Position numbers and translations under genes: made by a program. This document shows positions 61,293 to 64,000 of a stretch of 64,000 bases of DNA, one piece after another (the first letter of the stretch is position 1; every line of letters starts with the position of its first letter). Below the pieces are notes generated by a model. That model saw nothing but the letters and a program-made list of their open reading frames with translations, was not told the DNA's origin and did no database searches. This stretch comes from Candidatus Latescibacterota bacterium (GTDB taxonomy: Bacteria; Latescibacterota; UBA2968; UBA8231), in contig OZ241362.1 of the NCBI GenBank assembly GCA_965200315.1, forward strand, positions 3,168,001-3,232,000. Reading direction: 5' to 3'.

Positions 61293-62264
61293 ATGAAACG
61301 CATTGCCAAGCCCGCAGGGGCCTATAACATCGTGGTAGAAGAGGTCGAGATTCCGGCCATTGCCCCGACCGAGATTTTGATTCGCGCCGAATGTTCGCTT
61401 ATCAGCCGCGGCTCGGAGATTTGGCGGCGCTACGTGCGCGAAGAAGCGATCGACCACCGCTCTATGGGCTACTCGCTGGTGGGCCGCGTCGAAAAGGTGG
61501 GCGCGGAGGTCGAAGAGTTCAGAACCGGTGAGCTGGTCGCGGCCCTCGCGCCGCATGCCGAGTACGTAGCGGTCGAAGTCGCAGCCAGCCGGCACAAGCC
61601 AGCGGCCGTGCGCCTGCCAGCGGGCCTGTCGCCCGAGGCGGGCACCTTCTGGCCGCTGGGAACTAGCTCGGTCCTGTGGATGTGGGAGACCGAGGCCGGC
61701 CCGGATGATGCCGTGGTCATTCAGGGGCAGGGCTTGGTCGGCAGCGGTTGTATGCAGGCGGCCAAGGCACAGGGCGCGGGGCGCGTCATCGGGGTTGATA
61801 CCTTGCCCTTGCGCTGCGAACTAGCGCACGAGTTGGGGGCCGACGCGGTGATAGACGCCAGCGCCGGCGACCCTGTTGCACAGGTCTTAGAGCTGACGGA
61901 CGGAGCGGGTGCCGACATCGTGGTTGAAGCCGTGGGCGGGCGGGCCGGGGCGCAGGCTTTTGCCGAGGCGCAAGACATGCTCAAGCGCGGCGGCCTCTTG
62001 CAGGTGCTGGGCCTATACGAAAACGAACCTCTGCCGCTCTATTCAGAAAAAATCATGGGCAAGCGCCTCATAGGCAGCTACCTCGACGCCAGTCGGCGGC
62101 CCGAAGGATCGGCACGTACGCTAGAATTGTTGGCTACGGACCAGATCCAATTCGCCAAGATGATCACCCACCGCTTCCCCTACACAGAAGCGGCCGCCGC
62201 TTTCGACTTGCTCTACAATCGGTTGGGCGCGACGATGGCCGTATTGTTGACGTGGGACAACTGA
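61293..62264 (+). CDS. Zinc-binding (MDR) dehydrogenase
   Basis: SLISRGSE, MGYS..G, GQGLVG, GADIVVEAVG, ITHRF; ATG after AAGGAGG. Confidence 0.9.
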   Translation: MKRIAKPAGAYNIVVEEVEIPAIAPTEILIRAECSLISRGSEIWRRYVREEAIDHRSMGYSLVGRVEKVGAEVEEFRTGELVAALAPHAEYVAVEVAASRHKPAAVRLPAGLSPEAGTFWPLGTSSVLWMWETEAGPDDAVVIQGQGLVGSGCMQAAKAQGAGRVIGVDTLPLRCELAHELGADAVIDASAGDPVAQVLELTDGAGADIVVEAVGGRAGAQAFAEAQDMLKRGGLLQVLGLYENEPLPLYSEKIMGKRLIGSYLDASRRPEGSARTLELLATDQIQFAKMITHRFPYTEAAAAFDLLYNRLGATMAVLLTWDN

Positions 62265-62279
62265 CTCAGGAGACGACGT

Positions 62280-62975
62280 ATGAGTAGGACCGTAGAGAAG
62301 CTCTTCCGCGCCCCTTACGGGGTGCCCAATGCGCTGCAAGTAGTAGAAGAAGGACTGTGGATTACCGACCAAATTACCGACCGGGTGGCGCTGATCGAAA
62401 TCGCCGATCCGTCTGAATACGGCGTCACCCGCCTGATCCGCGATATCCCCAGCGAGTCGTCCAATACCAGCGGCATGGCTTGGGGCGGTGGTTCGCTGTG
62501 GTTGGCGGCCAACGGGGCGAGTACGCTCTGGCGGCCCTCACGGCCGACGGACGCTGAGGAGGGAGAAATTTTCGAGGTCAATCCGGCCACTGGCGCGACC
62601 CGCAACCGCTACCCGGTGCCCGGCGGGGGCGGGGTTCACGGGATGGAGTACGATCCGTTTGAAGATGGCTGCGTGTGGATCACCACCCTCAAGAGCCAGA
62701 CGCTGAGCAAAGTCAAGATTGCCGGCTGGTCGGTCGAGCACGTGCTGGAGTTGCCTTACGGGCGGGCGCACGGCGTGGTGCGGGTCGCCGACGGCATCTG
62801 GGTGGTGCATACGTCCGACCGCGTGATCGTCAAGCTCGACGTGGAGAGCGGGGCCGAGTTGGATCGAGTTGTGGTGCCCGGCAGCGCCCCCGAGCCGCAT
62901 GGCCTGTCGATTTTTGGCGAGGATTTGATCTATTGCGACGCCACGTCTGGATGGGTCACTAAAATCAGTCTGTGA
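62280..62975 (+). CDS. Beta-propeller protein (Vgb lyase / glutaminyl cyclase-like repeats)
   Basis: Repeated P/H-G-hydrophobic...W blades. Confidence 0.65.
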   Translation: MSRTVEKLFRAPYGVPNALQVVEEGLWITDQITDRVALIEIADPSEYGVTRLIRDIPSESSNTSGMAWGGGSLWLAANGASTLWRPSRPTDAEEGEIFEVNPATGATRNRYPVPGGGGVHGMEYDPFEDGCVWITTLKSQTLSKVKIAGWSVEHVLELPYGRAHGVVRVADGIWVVHTSDRVIVKLDVESGAELDRVVVPGSAPEPHGLSIFGEDLIYCDATSGWVTKISL

Positions 62976-63017
62976 GGCGAGGGATGAGAGTGCTTGAAGC
63001 GGAGCGAAAGGAAAGGC

Positions 63018-63497
63018 ATGGCTGGACAGTACTGGCTCGTCAAGTGCGAACTCGACGAGTGCTCCTTTGACGAGCTGAAGCAGCGTCCGCAAAGCACGGG
63101 CTACTGGCGGGGTGTGCGCAACTACCAAGCGCGCAATTTAATCCGCGACAGCATGGACCAGGGCGATCTGGCGTTCTTTTATCACTCCAACTGCGACGAG
63201 CCGGGGATTGCTGGAATCGCGACGATTACAAGGGCAGGCTACCCCGATCCCAGCCAATTCGACGACCAGCACCGCTACTACGACGAAAAATCCACTGAGG
63301 ACGAGCCGCGCTGGTTTTCCTTCGACGTGAAGTGGAAACGCAAATTCAAACGGTTTGTCCACCTCGCCGACCTCAAGGCCAACGACAAGCTCGCCGACAT
63401 GCGGGTGGTGCAGCGGGGCCAGCGGCTCTCGATCCAGCCGGTCGCCGCTCAGGAGTGGAAGGAAGTCTGCAAGATGGGGGGCGTCAGTCCGGCGTGA
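63018..63497 (+). CDS. EVE domain protein
   Basis: YWLVK, W.GVRNYQARN, FFYHSNC, RLSIQPV. Confidence 0.93.
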   Translation: MAGQYWLVKCELDECSFDELKQRPQSTGYWRGVRNYQARNLIRDSMDQGDLAFFYHSNCDEPGIAGIATITRAGYPDPSQFDDQHRYYDEKSTEDEPRWFSFDVKWKRKFKRFVHLADLKANDKLADMRVVQRGQRLSIQPVAAQEWKEVCKMGGVSPA

Positions 63498-63563
63498 TGC
63501 GCTGCGAGCGCAAAGAGAAGCGTGTGAGAAGGTTTGAACACGGCAACCGCAGAACCATTTGCA

Positions 63564-63842
63564 ATGATTCAGTCCTTCGCAAATCGAGATACTGAGCAAC
63601 TATTCTATACCGAAAACAGCCGCCGTTTTGCGGCCATATCTCGCGTTGCGTTGAGAAAGCTAATACAGATGAATCAAGCCCGTACTCTCAGCGACCTTGC
63701 CATGCCGCCGGGTAATCGCCTAGAAGCTCTTAGAGGCGACTTATTTGGCTTTTACTCGATTCGGATTAACGACCAATGGCGCATTATCTTTCGATGGACC
63801 AATGACGGGCCGGAAAGGGTGGCCATTGTAGACTCCCATTGA
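63564..63842 (+). CDS. higB: HigB-family (RelE/ParE) toxin
   Basis: [32 protein letters not shown]. Confidence 0.92.
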   Translation: MIQSFANRDTEQLFYTENSRRFAAISRVALRKLIQMNQARTLSDLAMPPGNRLEALRGDLFGFYSIRINDQWRIIFRWTNDGPERVAIVDSH

Positions 63843-63873
63843 CAAGCCCCTTATAACGTCATAGGGTGTGAAC

Positions 63874-64000
63874 ATGGATAACCCAATTACACCTGGCGAG
63901 ATCCTGCTAGAAGAATACCTCAAGCCCATGGGGATTTCGCAGAATGCCATGGCTCGCGCCATCGGCGTCCCCCCACGGGCAATCAACGAAATCGTCCACG
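63874..64000 (+). CDS. higA: HigA antitoxin (partial, runs off window)
   Basis: [42 protein letters not shown]. Confidence 0.92.
   Translation, partial: MDNPITPGEILLEEYLKPMGISQNAMARAIGVPPRAINEIVH

Overview
GC-rich bacterial chromosomal window from a diderm heterotroph. The many PhyH dioxygenases, enolase-superfamily dehydratases, Gfo/Idh/MocA oxidoreductases and a sulfatase resemble Latescibacterota/Poribacteria-like marine or sponge-associated genomes; this placement is inference only. Housekeeping content includes tmRNA (ssrA, tag DENNTYALAA), metG, ilvD, queC/queE, a TamA/BamA-TamB pair and hydantoinase/oxoprolinase A/B. Between the intact catabolic genes are many decayed accessory modules: HEPN-MNT, RelE/XRE, BrnTA, UPF0175-PIN, a Tsp45I-like R-M pair with a broken endonuclease, a type IIG R-M relic, internally deleted pseudogenes and a degenerate IS5. 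The most unusual signals are four. (1) A stand-alone, promoter- and terminator-bounded, highly structured ~300-nt RNA at 60.9-61.2 kb carries a 14-nt anti-SD complement and a 12-codon ORF. (2) Three unrelated loci share a 37-38 bp direct repeat / 34-37 bp insert geometry that resembles off-target CRISPR-integrase events. (3) Tiny (27-30 bp) GTC+hairpin elements sit in frame inside three proteins. (4) IS5-type and IS630-type MITEs carry the same REP-like cargo. No CRISPR array, cas gene, integrase or rRNA/tRNA was seen. All family calls are from motif recognition by eye; no database search was run.
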